Position numbers and translations under genes: made by a program. From Tolypothrix carrinoi HA7290-LM1 (GTDB lineage: Bacteria > Cyanobacteriota > Cyanobacteriia > Cyanobacteriales > Nostocaceae): a stretch of 64,000 bases of DNA. Numbering within the stretch: position 1 is the stretch's first letter; each line of letters starts with the position of its first letter. A model generated the notes under the pieces. That model saw only the letters and a program-made list of their open reading frames with translations. It was not told the origin of the DNA and ran no database searches. Below are positions 9,985-20,630 of the stretch, piece after piece. Location: assembly GCA_019358935.1 (NCBI GenBank), contig JAHHIK010000007.1:1-64000 (forward strand), read 5' to 3'.

Positions 9985-11016
9985 ATGATTACTAATTTGG
10001 AAACTATACAACGTCAAGACAACATCAATCAGATATATAAAGACTCTGCAGATATAGCCGGTGCTGCGGTTCTGCTGGAGATCGGTGCTCAGTACGGAGT
10101 AATTGATTTCCTTCGTAGTAGTGAAATCATTGATGTTTCTGACGTAGTGAAAAATACTGGTATTCCGACGAATATCCTCCTCAGATACCTCAAGGCTCTG
10201 GTTAGCGCCGGGCTGATAAAGCCCCTCGAACCAGGGAGTGAGAGCGGGAAGTTCCGCGCGATGTCGTTCTTCGACCAAATGATTCACACCGTGGGGTATG
10301 TGTGTTGGGGGCTTGGAGCATGCCAACCTCTAATATCTCACGCCAGGGAATTTGCCAATTCTCCACTAGCTTCGTGCCAAAACTATAAGCGCGACGGTGG
10401 ATTGGTTGCTCGCACTTCCGCTTGGATGGGGGAAAAGGCGTTCTACCCGCAAGCCGAGCGGGCCATCATCTCGCTTCGTCCGAAACGTATTGTTGATCTT
10501 GGTGCAGGTTCTGCACAGCTTTTAATCCAGTGTCTCAAGCTTCTACCCGATGCCATAGGAATAGCAGTGGACGTCAGCGCGAAAGCCTGTGCACAAGCAC
10601 GCAGTGCGGCAGAACAAGCAGGGGTGACGGATCGCCTAGAAGTCGTCGAATCACCTATTCAGGTGCTAGCCGACGATGACAGCATCCTCCAGGGTGCCGA
10701 TGTCATCCATGCCGGATTCGTGCTGCACGATCTCCTGCCTGAGGAGGAGGCAAGCCTAGATGCAATCCTCTTTGCGTGTCACAAGGCTGCTCCGACTGGG
10801 ACACTACTTTTCATGGAGGCGATACCATACGCCGAGAGAAACGAGGAGCGTATGTTTTCTGCGGCTTTCTCTTTCCTCCACGAGTGTTTTATGGGCCGTA
10901 CTCTCCTAAGCGAAGCTGCTTGGCGCAAGAAACTTCTCCAGGCGGGCTTCAAACATATCAAATGCGAGCCTTTGGGCATACCAGGAGGCCGTCTCTTCTC
11001 GGCTACCAGCCTTTAA
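9985..11016 (+). CDS. Class I SAM-dependent methyltransferase with N-terminal wHTH/dimerisation region
   Basis: IVDLGAGSA motif I, IAVDVS, FVLHD; ATG at 9985 preferred over the upstream TTG. Confidence 0.85.
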   Translation: MITNLETIQRQDNINQIYKDSADIAGAAVLLEIGAQYGVIDFLRSSEIIDVSDVVKNTGIPTNILLRYLKALVSAGLIKPLEPGSESGKFRAMSFFDQMIHTVGYVCWGLGACQPLISHAREFANSPLASCQNYKRDGGLVARTSAWMGEKAFYPQAERAIISLRPKRIVDLGAGSAQLLIQCLKLLPDAIGIAVDVSAKACAQARSAAEQAGVTDRLEVVESPIQVLADDDSILQGADVIHAGFVLHDLLPEEEASLDAILFACHKAAPTGTLLFMEAIPYAERNEERMFSAAFSFLHECFMGRTLLSEAAWRKKLLQAGFKHIKCEPLGIPGGRLFSATSL

Positions 11017-11331
11017 AAAGATGACTGTTAACTTCTACTGTCAACTGATCTAGCCGCTCAAGATTCACGTCTTCTTCAAAATGCCCACTCATGGTCGGTC
11101 AGTTTGCAGGCAAAGGGGACGGATTAAGATGTCTGCAAACAATAGACTTCTAGAATGCATAGGAGTCGAGTGTTCAAAAACGCGCAGCCCTGGTTGAACG
11201 TAGCAGGGGTTAAGAGCCGTTGTAAATGTTTAGCTCTCTATCACAGCACTGGGTTTTTGGTGTGCTGCGCCGAGCTGAGTACTTTTTCGTTCCATTTTCT
11301 AATAGTTCTTGTTTTCTGTAGGAGATTTATC

Positions 11332-12153
11332 ATGGCAAAGACAATTGAACAAATCGTCGAATACATTCGGAATCATCGTTGCTACACACATCCAATCTTT
11401 AAAAACTGGGCTGTTGTCGAACCGACACCAGAGGTAGTCGGTGCCCTCTTCCACCAAATTCAAAGCTTTTGTGCTTCAACCCGCCCTGGTTGGAATTTCC
11501 CCAAAGCATTGGAGAACCTAGGTCTACAGGGAGAAAGCACGTTGCTACAGGAAATCGTGGATAGCGAGGCGAACCACGGTCCGGAACTCGCCACAATGGC
11601 CGGCTTCATTCTCAACTGTGCGGCGAAGGGCAATATTTGCTCCGATCTCTACAACCAGGCAGCCGTTGAAGGTAAGCTTAAGGAGTACTCGGACCAACTT
11701 CTGAGCAGTTTGCCAGGATATGACCCGAAGACCGGACTTACGATTCAGACCCGGAAAGCGATCGCTGTCTTTGTTCGGCGCAAGCTTACAGACCGCGAGT
11801 CCACTTTCCACAACCTTGGAGTAGCCTTAGCACTCGAGATCATCTCAAACTGCCAGCTAATTCCCGGCGAGAAGCACTGCTTGATCGATAGCGGTTTGTA
11901 CGGTGCAAACATGGATTATTCCGAGATGCACTACCTACTTGAGCATTGGGGTGAGATCGGAGCGGAGCAACAGCACGAGAAAAACGCAATTGCGGCTGTC
12001 GCATCTATTCTTAATGAAGAGACCGAGCCTTTGATTATGGAAGGAGTGAATGATTTCCTCAACTCGCTAGCAGACCTATGGGATCTTCTGAACACCGCGC
12101 TGCTTCAGTCTGGCAACAAACGGGTGACTAGGGAAATCGCCCAAGTTGCTTAA
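11332..12153 (+). CDS. Heme-oxygenase-like fold diiron oxidase candidate (TenA/PqqC/CADD-like)
   Basis: GGAG RBS before ATG 11332; HPIF near N-terminus; candidate ligands EIVDSEANH, ALE, EHWGEIGAEQQH. Confidence 0.6.
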   Translation: MAKTIEQIVEYIRNHRCYTHPIFKNWAVVEPTPEVVGALFHQIQSFCASTRPGWNFPKALENLGLQGESTLLQEIVDSEANHGPELATMAGFILNCAAKGNICSDLYNQAAVEGKLKEYSDQLLSSLPGYDPKTGLTIQTRKAIAVFVRRKLTDRESTFHNLGVALALEIISNCQLIPGEKHCLIDSGLYGANMDYSEMHYLLEHWGEIGAEQQHEKNAIAAVASILNEETEPLIMEGVNDFLNSLADLWDLLNTALLQSGNKRVTREIAQVA

Positions 12154-12606
12154 GCTAAATACGCATCGGCATCTTTAAACATTTGGAACGTCTCTGTAAA
12201 CTACTCCATGCTAACTTTACTATAGCAAGGGTTCAACCCTAACTTAGTGCTCAAAAAATTGCAAAAGAAAGTCGAGTTTTCAGGCAGGTTCACAAAGACA
12301 GCAAGGCATTAAAGTGGCAAGATACTCTGATTGCCTTTTACCTCCCATAGTACTTCATCCCGATTTATTGAAAAAGCTGTAGATCCTGCCTAGCTTTCTT
12401 CCCTACCAAAACAAGGTTTGGAGCGGTTATTCAGTTGGGGAAAACAGAATTTCGAGACAGTCAGTGTTATAAGCGCATTTTGCTCTTGGTAACCAGCAAT
12501 CTGCCGTGAGTCAACCGAAGTGTTCGAGTAAGCCTATGGCAGCAAATCCCGCTATAGGATCTTGACGCAAGGGAGCATACAACACCTACAACAGGAGAGG
12601 AAAGTA

Positions 12607-12906
12607 ATGACTGCTTATATGATCGGTATGATGAAAGTCACCGACAAAGGCGCTTACGAAGAGTATAAAAAGTACACACCAGTGGCGGTTGCTAAGTACG
12701 ATGGCAAATTTCTCTCACGCGGCGGCACCAAAGTTACGCTGGAAGGTGAAGAAGAGTCCCGCCGGGTCGTGATTGTTGAATTCCCATCACTTGAGAAGGC
12801 TCAAGCGTTCTACAACTCATCAGATTACCAGCATGCGATTACCTACCGCAAAAACGCGGCAATAATGCAGTTGGTAGTGGTTGAAGGGTTTGAACAACTC
12901 GGATAA
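12607..12906 (+). CDS. DUF1330 family protein
   Basis: YDGKFLSRGG...LEGE...VVIVEFPSLEKAQAFYNSSDYQ. Confidence 0.88.
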   Translation: MTAYMIGMMKVTDKGAYEEYKKYTPVAVAKYDGKFLSRGGTKVTLEGEEESRRVVIVEFPSLEKAQAFYNSSDYQHAITYRKNAAIMQLVVVEGFEQLG

Positions 12907-13294
12907 CGCTGGCTTAGATCCCAAACATCGTCATTGACAATCGCCTCGTCGCTGAATTTTCCTTGGCAACGAGGCCATCCAGCAGTATATCAGCAAGTGG
13001 GACGATGCAATAGTTTGACGGGCATTGTACAAGGTCGCCAGCGTGCTTGTAACCTGTGCCAAGCAATGGTCGGAGTTGAAGGCTTGGCAATATGATTCCC
13101 AAAGCAGAGTGATCTCCAGCGTGTCCTTTGCGCAACTCACCTGCAAGCTTGCCTGGATCGTGCACCGCATGTGGCTCAAGGCTTCTGTTGCAAAAACTGT
13201 TTGAGCACAAAAGTCCCGCTTGTGTGGAATCTATCTATGTCGTTTTAGAAAGTTCATCAACCAATCTAGAATATTTACCAGAGAGAAGTAGCAA

Positions 13295-14428
13295 ATGGAA
13301 ATTGGTGTCCCTAAGGAAACCAAGGATCAGGAGTTTCGCGTTGGGCTAAGTCCGAGTAGCGTCCGGGTGTTGGGCGAGAATGGTCATACAATCTTTGTTG
13401 AAACAGGAGCCGGTGCTGGTGCTGGATTTACAGATGACGACTATCGACAAGCAGGGGCGCAAATTGTTTCCCAACCGGAATATGCCTGGAATCGCGATCT
13501 GGTTGTCAAAGTTAAAGAGCCGCTGCTGCCGGAGTACAGGTTTCTGCAAAAAGAGCAGCTATTGTTTACCTACCTACATTTGGCAGCTGACCGGAAGTTA
13601 ACCGAGCATTTAATTGATTGTGGTGTAACGGCGATTGCCTACGAAACTGTAGAACAACCAAGCAGCAACAAACTACCTTTGCTGACACCCATGAGCAACA
13701 TTGCTGGTCGTTTAGCAGTGCAATTTGGGGCAAGGTTCCTAGAACGTCAGCAAGGTGGTAAAGGAATTCTTTTGGGCGGTGTTCATGGGGTTAGACCAGG
13801 CAAAGTGGTGATTTTAGGCGGCGGTGTCGTTGGCACAGAAGCCGCGAAAATTGCTGTAGGTATGGGTGCCTCTGTCCAGATTTTAGATGTTAATGTTGAG
13901 CGTTTATCTTACTTAGAAACTTTATTTGGCTCTAGAGTCGAACTCGTGTACAGTAACTCCGCCCACATCGAAGCCGCAGTCAATGAAGCCGACTTGCTCA
14001 TTGGTGCAGTTTTAATTCCCGGACGTAGGGCACCGATTTTAGTCAAGCGTGACTTAGTTAAACAAATGCGTCCTGGTTCTGTAATTATCGATGTTGCCGT
14101 GGATCAAGGCGGTTGCGTAGAAACTTTACATCCTACATCCCACACTCATCCAATCTACATTGAAGAGGGTGTGGTACATTATGGCGTTCCTAATATGCCA
14201 GGGGCTGTGCCTCGTACCGCAACGCAGGCGCTCAACAACAGTACCCTTCCTTACGTGCTGAAGTTGGCAAATTTTGGGATGAAGGCACTGGAAATTGAGT
14301 CTGCCTTAGTCAAAGGCGTAAATGTTCAAAATCATCACCTGGTTCATCCTGCGATACAGCAAGTGTTTCCCGACCTGGCTGTCAAAAGTATTGCCCATAA
14401 AACATTGCGGATTTTTGGAGAGGTCTGA
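13295..14428 (+). CDS. ald: Alanine dehydrogenase
   Basis: MEIGVPKETKDQEFRV, FTYLHLA, GGGVVG, DVAVDQGGC, VPNMPGAVP. Confidence 0.96.
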   Translation: MEIGVPKETKDQEFRVGLSPSSVRVLGENGHTIFVETGAGAGAGFTDDDYRQAGAQIVSQPEYAWNRDLVVKVKEPLLPEYRFLQKEQLLFTYLHLAADRKLTEHLIDCGVTAIAYETVEQPSSNKLPLLTPMSNIAGRLAVQFGARFLERQQGGKGILLGGVHGVRPGKVVILGGGVVGTEAAKIAVGMGASVQILDVNVERLSYLETLFGSRVELVYSNSAHIEAAVNEADLLIGAVLIPGRRAPILVKRDLVKQMRPGSVIIDVAVDQGGCVETLHPTSHTHPIYIEEGVVHYGVPNMPGAVPRTATQALNNSTLPYVLKLANFGMKALEIESALVKGVNVQNHHLVHPAIQQVFPDLAVKSIAHKTLRIFGEV

Positions 14429-15609
14429 TGCAGTTTGCAAAGCGTTTAGAACCCCTGCAAGCCAATGTGTTTGCTGACATGGATCGGGCCAAGGCGAGGG
14501 CTTTGGCAGATGGGCGAGACTTAATTGACCTGTCGCTGGGTTCTTCTGACCTGCCAGCTGAGGCGCATGTCATCGAGGCGATCACTCACTCTCTAAATGA
14601 TAAGAGTACCCACGGCTACTTGCTGTTTCACGGCACTCAAGCGTTTCGCCAAGCGGCAGCTAACTGGTACAAGCAAAAATTTGGCATCCCGGTTGACCCA
14701 GAAACCGAGGTACTGCCCCTGATTGGTTCTCAGGAAGGCACAGCCCATTTACCTCTAGCAGTGCTGAATCCAGGAGATTTTGCCCTCTTGCTCGATCCGA
14801 GCTATCCGTCCCATACTGGGGGAGTCTACTTAGCCAGTGGTCAGATTTATCCGATGCCACTACGAGCAGAGAACGGATTTTTGCCGATTTTTGAGGAGAT
14901 TCCAGCGCCAGTCTTAGCCCAGTCTCGGATGATGGTGTTAAGCTATCCGCACAATCCTACTACTGCAATCGCACCGTTGTCTTTCTTCCAACAAGCTGTT
15001 GCGTTTTGCCAACAACACAATCTGGTGTTGGTTCACGATTTCCCTTACCCTGACCTGATATTTGCGGATTCAGCTGCCCCCTCAATTCTGGAAGCTGACC
15101 CGGATAAAAGTGTCTCCATTGAGTTCTTCACTCTCTCCAAATCATACAACATGGGAGGCTTTCGCATCGGCTATGCCATTGGAAATGCCCAGTTGATTCG
15201 GGCCTTACGGCAGGTAAAAATAGCTGTTGATTTCAACCAGTACCGGGGCATTTTGAATGGTGCAATTGCGGCCCTCACTGGTCCTCAAGACGGAGTCAAG
15301 TCCGCCGTCGCCACCTTCCGCCAGCGCCGAGATACTTTTATTAAAGCTCTTCATCGCGAAGGCTTGCAGGTTCCCACCCCGGCTGCCACGATGTATGCCT
15401 GGGCACAGCTGCCAGAACCTTGGGCTAATAATTCTGTAAAATTTTGCACCCAGCTAGTTGAAACAACTGGCGTGGCGGCTTCACCAGGTGCTGGGTTCGG
15501 TAAGTTTGGGGAAGGGTACGTCAGGTTTGCCTTGGTACACGAACCAGCTGTGCTTGAAACTGCGGTTGCCAGAATTGCTGCGTTTTTAAATGGCTCCTAT
15601 GTAGGGTAA
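14428..15609 (+). CDS. Class I/II PLP aminotransferase (LL-diaminopimelate aminotransferase-like)
   Basis: GSQEG, YPHNPT, HDFPY, TLSKSYNMGGFRIG (PLP lysine); TGATG coupling to ald. Confidence 0.9.
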   Translation: MQFAKRLEPLQANVFADMDRAKARALADGRDLIDLSLGSSDLPAEAHVIEAITHSLNDKSTHGYLLFHGTQAFRQAAANWYKQKFGIPVDPETEVLPLIGSQEGTAHLPLAVLNPGDFALLLDPSYPSHTGGVYLASGQIYPMPLRAENGFLPIFEEIPAPVLAQSRMMVLSYPHNPTTAIAPLSFFQQAVAFCQQHNLVLVHDFPYPDLIFADSAAPSILEADPDKSVSIEFFTLSKSYNMGGFRIGYAIGNAQLIRALRQVKIAVDFNQYRGILNGAIAALTGPQDGVKSAVATFRQRRDTFIKALHREGLQVPTPAATMYAWAQLPEPWANNSVKFCTQLVETTGVAASPGAGFGKFGEGYVRFALVHEPAVLETAVARIAAFLNGSYVG

Positions 15610-15693
15610 GGTTCACGGCTAATACCAGAAAACTACTACTTTTCAGACACTCTCCATTAATTCTGAATGTCACATTAGTTTAGCAGTAAGCCT

Positions 15694-16998
15694 ATGAATT
15701 TCGATCTGCCTGACCACCCACAATTGCAGTTTTCTAATATTTATGCTGCTGCCCCTGTTCTTCCCAATCAAGACTATCTCATCGTCTTAGATACAACACT
15801 GCGCGATGGAGAGCAATCACCCGGAGCCACACTGAACAGCGAAGCAAAGCTGGTGATTGCCAAGCAGTTGGCTAGGCTGGGTGTGGATGTGATTGAGGGT
15901 GGCTTTCCCTTTGCCAGTTCCAGTGAGTTTAAAGCCGTTCAGGAAATCGCCCACTGTCTGGGCGTAGAGGATGGTCCTGTCATCTGTAGTCTGGCAAGAG
16001 CAATTCGGCAGGATATTCAAGCAGCAGCAGAAGCGCTCAAACCTGCTGCCCATGCCAGGATACACACATTTATTTCCACCTCAGACATCCATCTGGAGTA
16101 TCAGATCAAAAAGTCGCGAGCGGAGGTTCTGGCGCTGGCGGAAGAAATGGTTGCTTACGCCAAATCTTTTACAGAGGATGTTGAATTTTCACCAATGGAT
16201 GCAAGTCGCTCTGACCCTGAGTTTTTGTATCAGGTTTTAGAGCGAGTGATTGCAGCTGGTGCAACGACTGTCAACATTCCAGACACTGTGGGCTACACCA
16301 CTCCCGAGGAATTTGGGATGCTGATCCGAGGCATTCGAGAAAATGTGCCCAACATTGAGCAGGCAATTATTTCTGTACACTGCCACAACGACTTGGGTTT
16401 GGCTGTTGCCAACACACTAGCAGCAATTCAGAACGGTGCACGGCAGGTAGAGTGCACAATCAACGGCATCGGCGAACGGGCTGGAAATGCCGCACTTGAA
16501 GAGATTGTGATGGCATTGCAGGTTCGTAAGCAGTATTTCAATCCTTATTTTGGTCGTCCTGTCGATTCCAAAGCGCCTCTGACCAAGATTAATACTCAAG
16601 AAATTTATCGCACTTCTCAGCTTGTTTCCAGCTTAACAGGAATTTTGGTTCAGCCTAACAAAGCAATCGTGGGAGCCAATGCTTTTGCCCATGAATCTGG
16701 CATTCACCAAGATGGAGTACTCAAGAACCGACTTACCTACGAGATTATGGATGCCCAGTCCATTGGTCTTTCAAAAAACCAGATCATCCTAGGCAAGCAC
16801 TCTGGACGGAATGCCTTCCGCACGCGCCTTAAGGAACTGAACCTTGTTTTACCAGAACAGAACTTTAACAAAACCTTTTTGCGGTTTAAGGAACTAGCGG
16901 ACAAAAAGAAAGAGATATCCGACTGGGATCTGAAGACGATTGTCAATTATGAGAACCGTACTTACCTTGAAGCAGGGTACTTAGATGCACATAAATAA
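15694..16998 (+). CDS. leuA: 2-isopropylmalate synthase homologue lacking the C-terminal regulatory domain
   Basis: [33 protein letters not shown]; ends shortly after [11 protein letters not shown]. Confidence 0.88.
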   Translation: MNFDLPDHPQLQFSNIYAAAPVLPNQDYLIVLDTTLRDGEQSPGATLNSEAKLVIAKQLARLGVDVIEGGFPFASSSEFKAVQEIAHCLGVEDGPVICSLARAIRQDIQAAAEALKPAAHARIHTFISTSDIHLEYQIKKSRAEVLALAEEMVAYAKSFTEDVEFSPMDASRSDPEFLYQVLERVIAAGATTVNIPDTVGYTTPEEFGMLIRGIRENVPNIEQAIISVHCHNDLGLAVANTLAAIQNGARQVECTINGIGERAGNAALEEIVMALQVRKQYFNPYFGRPVDSKAPLTKINTQEIYRTSQLVSSLTGILVQPNKAIVGANAFAHESGIHQDGVLKNRLTYEIMDAQSIGLSKNQIILGKHSGRNAFRTRLKELNLVLPEQNFNKTFLRFKELADKKKEISDWDLKTIVNYENRTYLEAGYLDAHK

Positions 16999-18406
16999 GC
17001 AAAAGCAAATTGAGCGTCAGGTAAAAATGCTGGCGCTTACCGCCATCTGCATTGGTTTCTTCATGGTGTTGCTTGACAACTCAGTTGTGAACGTGGCTCT
17101 GAAGAGAATTCAGGAGAACCTTGATGCCGATGTGTCAGGACTTCAATGGGTAATTGACGGCTACGCACTCGTCTTCGCCTGCCTTCAGCTCACCGCAGGC
17201 ACACTAGGCGACCGACTCGGAAGCAAACGAGTTTTCCTTGCAGGTCTCTTGGTGTTCACGGTAGCATCGGTGCTTTGCGGTCTCGCTGTCTCACTCTGGG
17301 ATCTGCTGGCGGCTCGGGCTTTGCAGGGAGTTGGTGCCGCTCTGCTTGTTCCAGCATCCCTCTCGCTCATCAGCCACATATTTCTGGAGTCTGAGGAGCG
17401 AGCCAAAGCGATGGGTGCCTGGTCAACTGCCGGGGGGATCGCACTCGCCGCAGGTCCGGTTTTAGGTGGTCTCCTTATCGACACCCTTGGCTGGAGGAGC
17501 ATATTTTTTATCAACCTACCTGTGGGCGTAGTTGCATACATCTTCACAGTCCGCTTCGTCTCCGCGTCACCCTGTTCCAAGCACCGTGAGTTCGACCTTG
17601 CTGGCCAAGTGACATGGGTTGCTGCCCTCTGCTCTCTCACTTTTGTGCTCATCGAAGGTAGTGCCCAAGGCTGGGGTTCTGTACTTATTATCGAAGTTCT
17701 GGGCATTTTTGCAGTGGCAGCAGCAGCCTTCATTGTTCTCGAACGTCGAGCTAAAAGCCCGATGCTCCCACTTGGGCTGTTCGCCATACCAACATTCTCG
17801 GCAGCAACCTTGGCGGCGCTCTTACAGAACTTTGCTTACTATGGAGTAATCTTCCTCCTCAGCCTCTTCTTGCAACAGGTGAGGGGTTACTCACCTCTAG
17901 TGACGGGGTTGGCTTTTCTGCCGATGACTGGCACCGTTGCGTTCGCAAGCACTCTCGCCGGACACCTCACTGGGCGCTTTGGTCCACGCTTACCTATGGT
18001 CGCTGGTTTGGCGCTTTGTAGCGTTGGCTTCATTACCTTGACCACTATTAACGCCACGACAAGCTACGTCGTCATCTTCATTATCCTGCTTCCAATTGGC
18101 TTTGGCGCTGGCCTTATTGTGCCACCCTTGGCTACTGCTCTCATCGGGGCTGCGCCGAAGGAGCGGTCAGGGGTTGCTTCGGGAATACTCAACACCAGTC
18201 GGCAAGTCGGCGGGTTGCTCGGAGTGGCGCTTCTCGGATCGCTGGTAAAAATGCACCACTCCTTCGTGGACGGTATGCACTTGGCTTTTATAACGGCGGG
18301 CGGTGCTCAACTGGTCAGTTGTGTCATCACGCTGCGCTACCTTCAAAGTGGAAAAACGCTAACAGAGGTCATTAGATCTTTTGCAAAAGCTAGACACAGA
18401 AACTGA
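16985..18406 (+). CDS. DHA2 (EmrB/QacA-like) MFS efflux transporter
   Basis: [31 protein letters not shown]; many hydrophobic segments. Confidence 0.92.
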   Translation: MHINKQKQIERQVKMLALTAICIGFFMVLLDNSVVNVALKRIQENLDADVSGLQWVIDGYALVFACLQLTAGTLGDRLGSKRVFLAGLLVFTVASVLCGLAVSLWDLLAARALQGVGAALLVPASLSLISHIFLESEERAKAMGAWSTAGGIALAAGPVLGGLLIDTLGWRSIFFINLPVGVVAYIFTVRFVSASPCSKHREFDLAGQVTWVAALCSLTFVLIEGSAQGWGSVLIIEVLGIFAVAAAAFIVLERRAKSPMLPLGLFAIPTFSAATLAALLQNFAYYGVIFLLSLFLQQVRGYSPLVTGLAFLPMTGTVAFASTLAGHLTGRFGPRLPMVAGLALCSVGFITLTTINATTSYVVIFIILLPIGFGAGLIVPPLATALIGAAPKERSGVASGILNTSRQVGGLLGVALLGSLVKMHHSFVDGMHLAFITAGGAQLVSCVITLRYLQSGKTLTEVIRSFAKARHRN

Positions 18407-18600
18407 GGTTGTTGTACAGACAGTTTTTTACAAAAACTTTTTGAATATAAAAGTTCCATTTGAGTGAAAGATGTTTATGCAGCCACTTGAAAGATTTGTG
18501 CAATGAACCTGACCTAATTGTGATTTCCCTTTTCCACTCCTTGAATTTGTCCCTTGCGAATCATGTTCATCATTTCGTACCCCCTCAACCTCCGCCCTAC
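18407..18600 (-). mobile_element. IS6-family remnant (transposase C-terminus)
   Basis: RRLRGYEMMNMIRKGQIQGVEKG. Confidence 0.6.
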
Positions 18601-18876
18601 TGTGTAATGAACAGAAACCCAGACTGTAATTGACAATCGGTTATGGTAGTTGATTATATTATGTGCTATGTAATTAGAGTTCATTCTGCTGTAGGCAGTT
18701 TTTAAGTAGCAATAGAATAGGAAAGTTGCGCTAAAGATAAAAGCTTGTCTGAGCAAGCTTTTAGATATCAATCTTAAATCATAATTTTCTTTCATTAATT
18801 CAGTCGCATCAGTTGCACAGTTAATATATTAGGAGATGTCAGTTTAAATGGACCGTAATCGCACAACTAAAGAAAG

Positions 18877-19386
18877 ATGAGCATAACAGAGGTAAAGATG
18901 GATGAGGTGAAGCTTTGTGGCTATATTCCCGGCGCAATAGGCAGGATCACAGAGCTTCACGCAACCTATTACAATGAGCACTGGGGGTTTGACCTAAATT
19001 TTGAATATCAAGTTGCAACGGAACTGTCAGAGTTTTTAATCCGTTTTAACGAGGCATCTGACGGTTTTTGGCTGGCTATTCTGGATGGAAAAATTGTGGG
19101 TTCAGTTGCTATCGACAGCAGTTCTGGCAGTACCGAAGGCGCACGTTTAAGATGGTTTATTGTCGCGCCAGAGTGCCAGGGGCACGGCGTTGGTCAGGCG
19201 CTGATGCGGGAGGCCATCAATTTTTGTAAGAAAGCGAATTTAAGCCGAGTTTGTTTATGGACTTTTTGCGGGCTTGATGCAGCCCGCTACCTATACGAAA
19301 AATACGGATTTACCCTTTGTAAGGAACACAAGGACAATCAATGGGGAAATACGGTCACTCATCAGATGTTCAAACTAAATATTTGA
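18877..19386 (+). CDS. GNAT N-acetyltransferase
   Basis: ARLRWFIVAPECQGHGVG acetyl-CoA motif; LWTFCGLDAARYLYEKYGF. Confidence 0.9.
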   Translation: MSITEVKMDEVKLCGYIPGAIGRITELHATYYNEHWGFDLNFEYQVATELSEFLIRFNEASDGFWLAILDGKIVGSVAIDSSSGSTEGARLRWFIVAPECQGHGVGQALMREAINFCKKANLSRVCLWTFCGLDAARYLYEKYGFTLCKEHKDNQWGNTVTHQMFKLNI

Positions 19387-19612
19387 GTTTGTTCGCTATC
19401 AGGTCTTCTGATCTAAGAAACCATAAAAAAGTGGGGGCAAATGGAATTGCTACAAAAAAGTTGCTAACCTATTGAGGTACAATACTACTCCTTTATAGTT
19501 ATTACCACAAAATCTATAGAGGAGTGAAAATGAAGTATAAACTACAACTCATTGCTGTAGCGTAAGATGGGCAGGAGGAAGTTGCTGTCGAAGTTGCACT
19601 CCTAAATAAGCC

Positions 19613-19909
19613 TTGCAAGCGCACAGACCAGCTTGCGTGATCGCAGCTAGTGCAGATTCTTTAATATTCGAGGTTCATCACCCCAACCCAGCCAAGGCAC
19701 TCTCAAACGGTTCTAAGTCTCTAACGCTAGAAGGCTCTAAGCAATTGATGCTGGAGATGGCTCTCCTTGGCAAATTAACTAGTCGTTGGACTAAAACAAC
19801 TGTCGTCACAACTGCAACACCGAAGTTTGCTCCACTTGTTTTTTCCACCAGGCATCTTTTGAGTCAATCCATCTCTCTTGGCTCTAATTCCATAGGTGGG
19901 AATGACTAA
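19613..19909 (+). pseudogene. C-terminal remnant of class I-beta DAHP synthase
   Basis: ADSLIFEVHHPNPAKALSNGSKSLT resembles the EVHPNPxKALSDGPQSL motif, degenerate. Confidence 0.6.
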
Positions 19910-20040
19910 TTCCATATTACCAACTGTTACCCATAATGGCGCGAGCGAGAAGCTGTGCCAAAAGAAGAAGCTGAATCGCCCAATCTTTGCACGCTAATGA
20001 ACACATTGCTTACGTTTTCTAAAATTGGAGGTTATTAAGG

Positions 20041-20469
20041 ATGATTAACAACACAGTTATGCAGTCCAGTATTGAAGCACCAAAAATCGATGTTCCTCAA
20101 AACAATGATGCCCTGTTGACTCGTATACAGAGCTTAGGACTAGCTAAAATTGAGCGACACGTCTTTATCTGTGCTGACCAGACAAGCGCTAAATGCTGCT
20201 CACTAGAAGCTTGTCTGGAATCTTGGGAATACTTGAAAAAGCGGCTTAAGGAGTTACAACTCGACAAGCCAACAGACGAACGTCTTGGTTGCATCTTTAG
20301 AACAAAAGCCAGCTGCTTGCGAGTTTGTTGTTCTGGACCGATAATAGCAGTTTATCCTGATGGTGTGTGGTATCGTCAAGCTACTCCAGAAGTGATTGAG
20401 CGAATTATTCAAGAGCATTTGATAGGTAATCAAGTGGTTCAGGAATATGCTTTAGTGCCACACCCGTGA
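20041..20469 (+). CDS. Thioredoxin-like [2Fe-2S] ferredoxin
   Basis: HVFICADQ...[11 protein letters not shown]...[14 protein letters not shown]. Confidence 0.88.
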   Translation: MINNTVMQSSIEAPKIDVPQNNDALLTRIQSLGLAKIERHVFICADQTSAKCCSLEACLESWEYLKKRLKELQLDKPTDERLGCIFRTKASCLRVCCSGPIIAVYPDGVWYRQATPEVIERIIQEHLIGNQVVQEYALVPHP

Positions 20470-20630
20470 CCATTCGTCGGGTTGTGGTTTGCTTGGCTTG
20501 ACAATTACTTTTGAGGCTGACTGCGTGATATTCCCTTTGCAGCGGTAAGAACTACTTTTGGATTAACTTGCCGAGACAGCCTAATTGTTTAAAGTTAAGG
20601 CATATCAAGGGTTTCAGTATTGCCAAAGTC

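Noticed and set aside
11155..11331. N-terminal extension of the 332-aa ORF
   Set aside because: A clear GGAG RBS precedes ATG 11332 and the extension looks non-coding
12914..13349. Short ORFs between DUF1330 and ald
   Set aside because: No recognisable motifs or RBS, with overlapping frames on both strands; probably degenerate DNA
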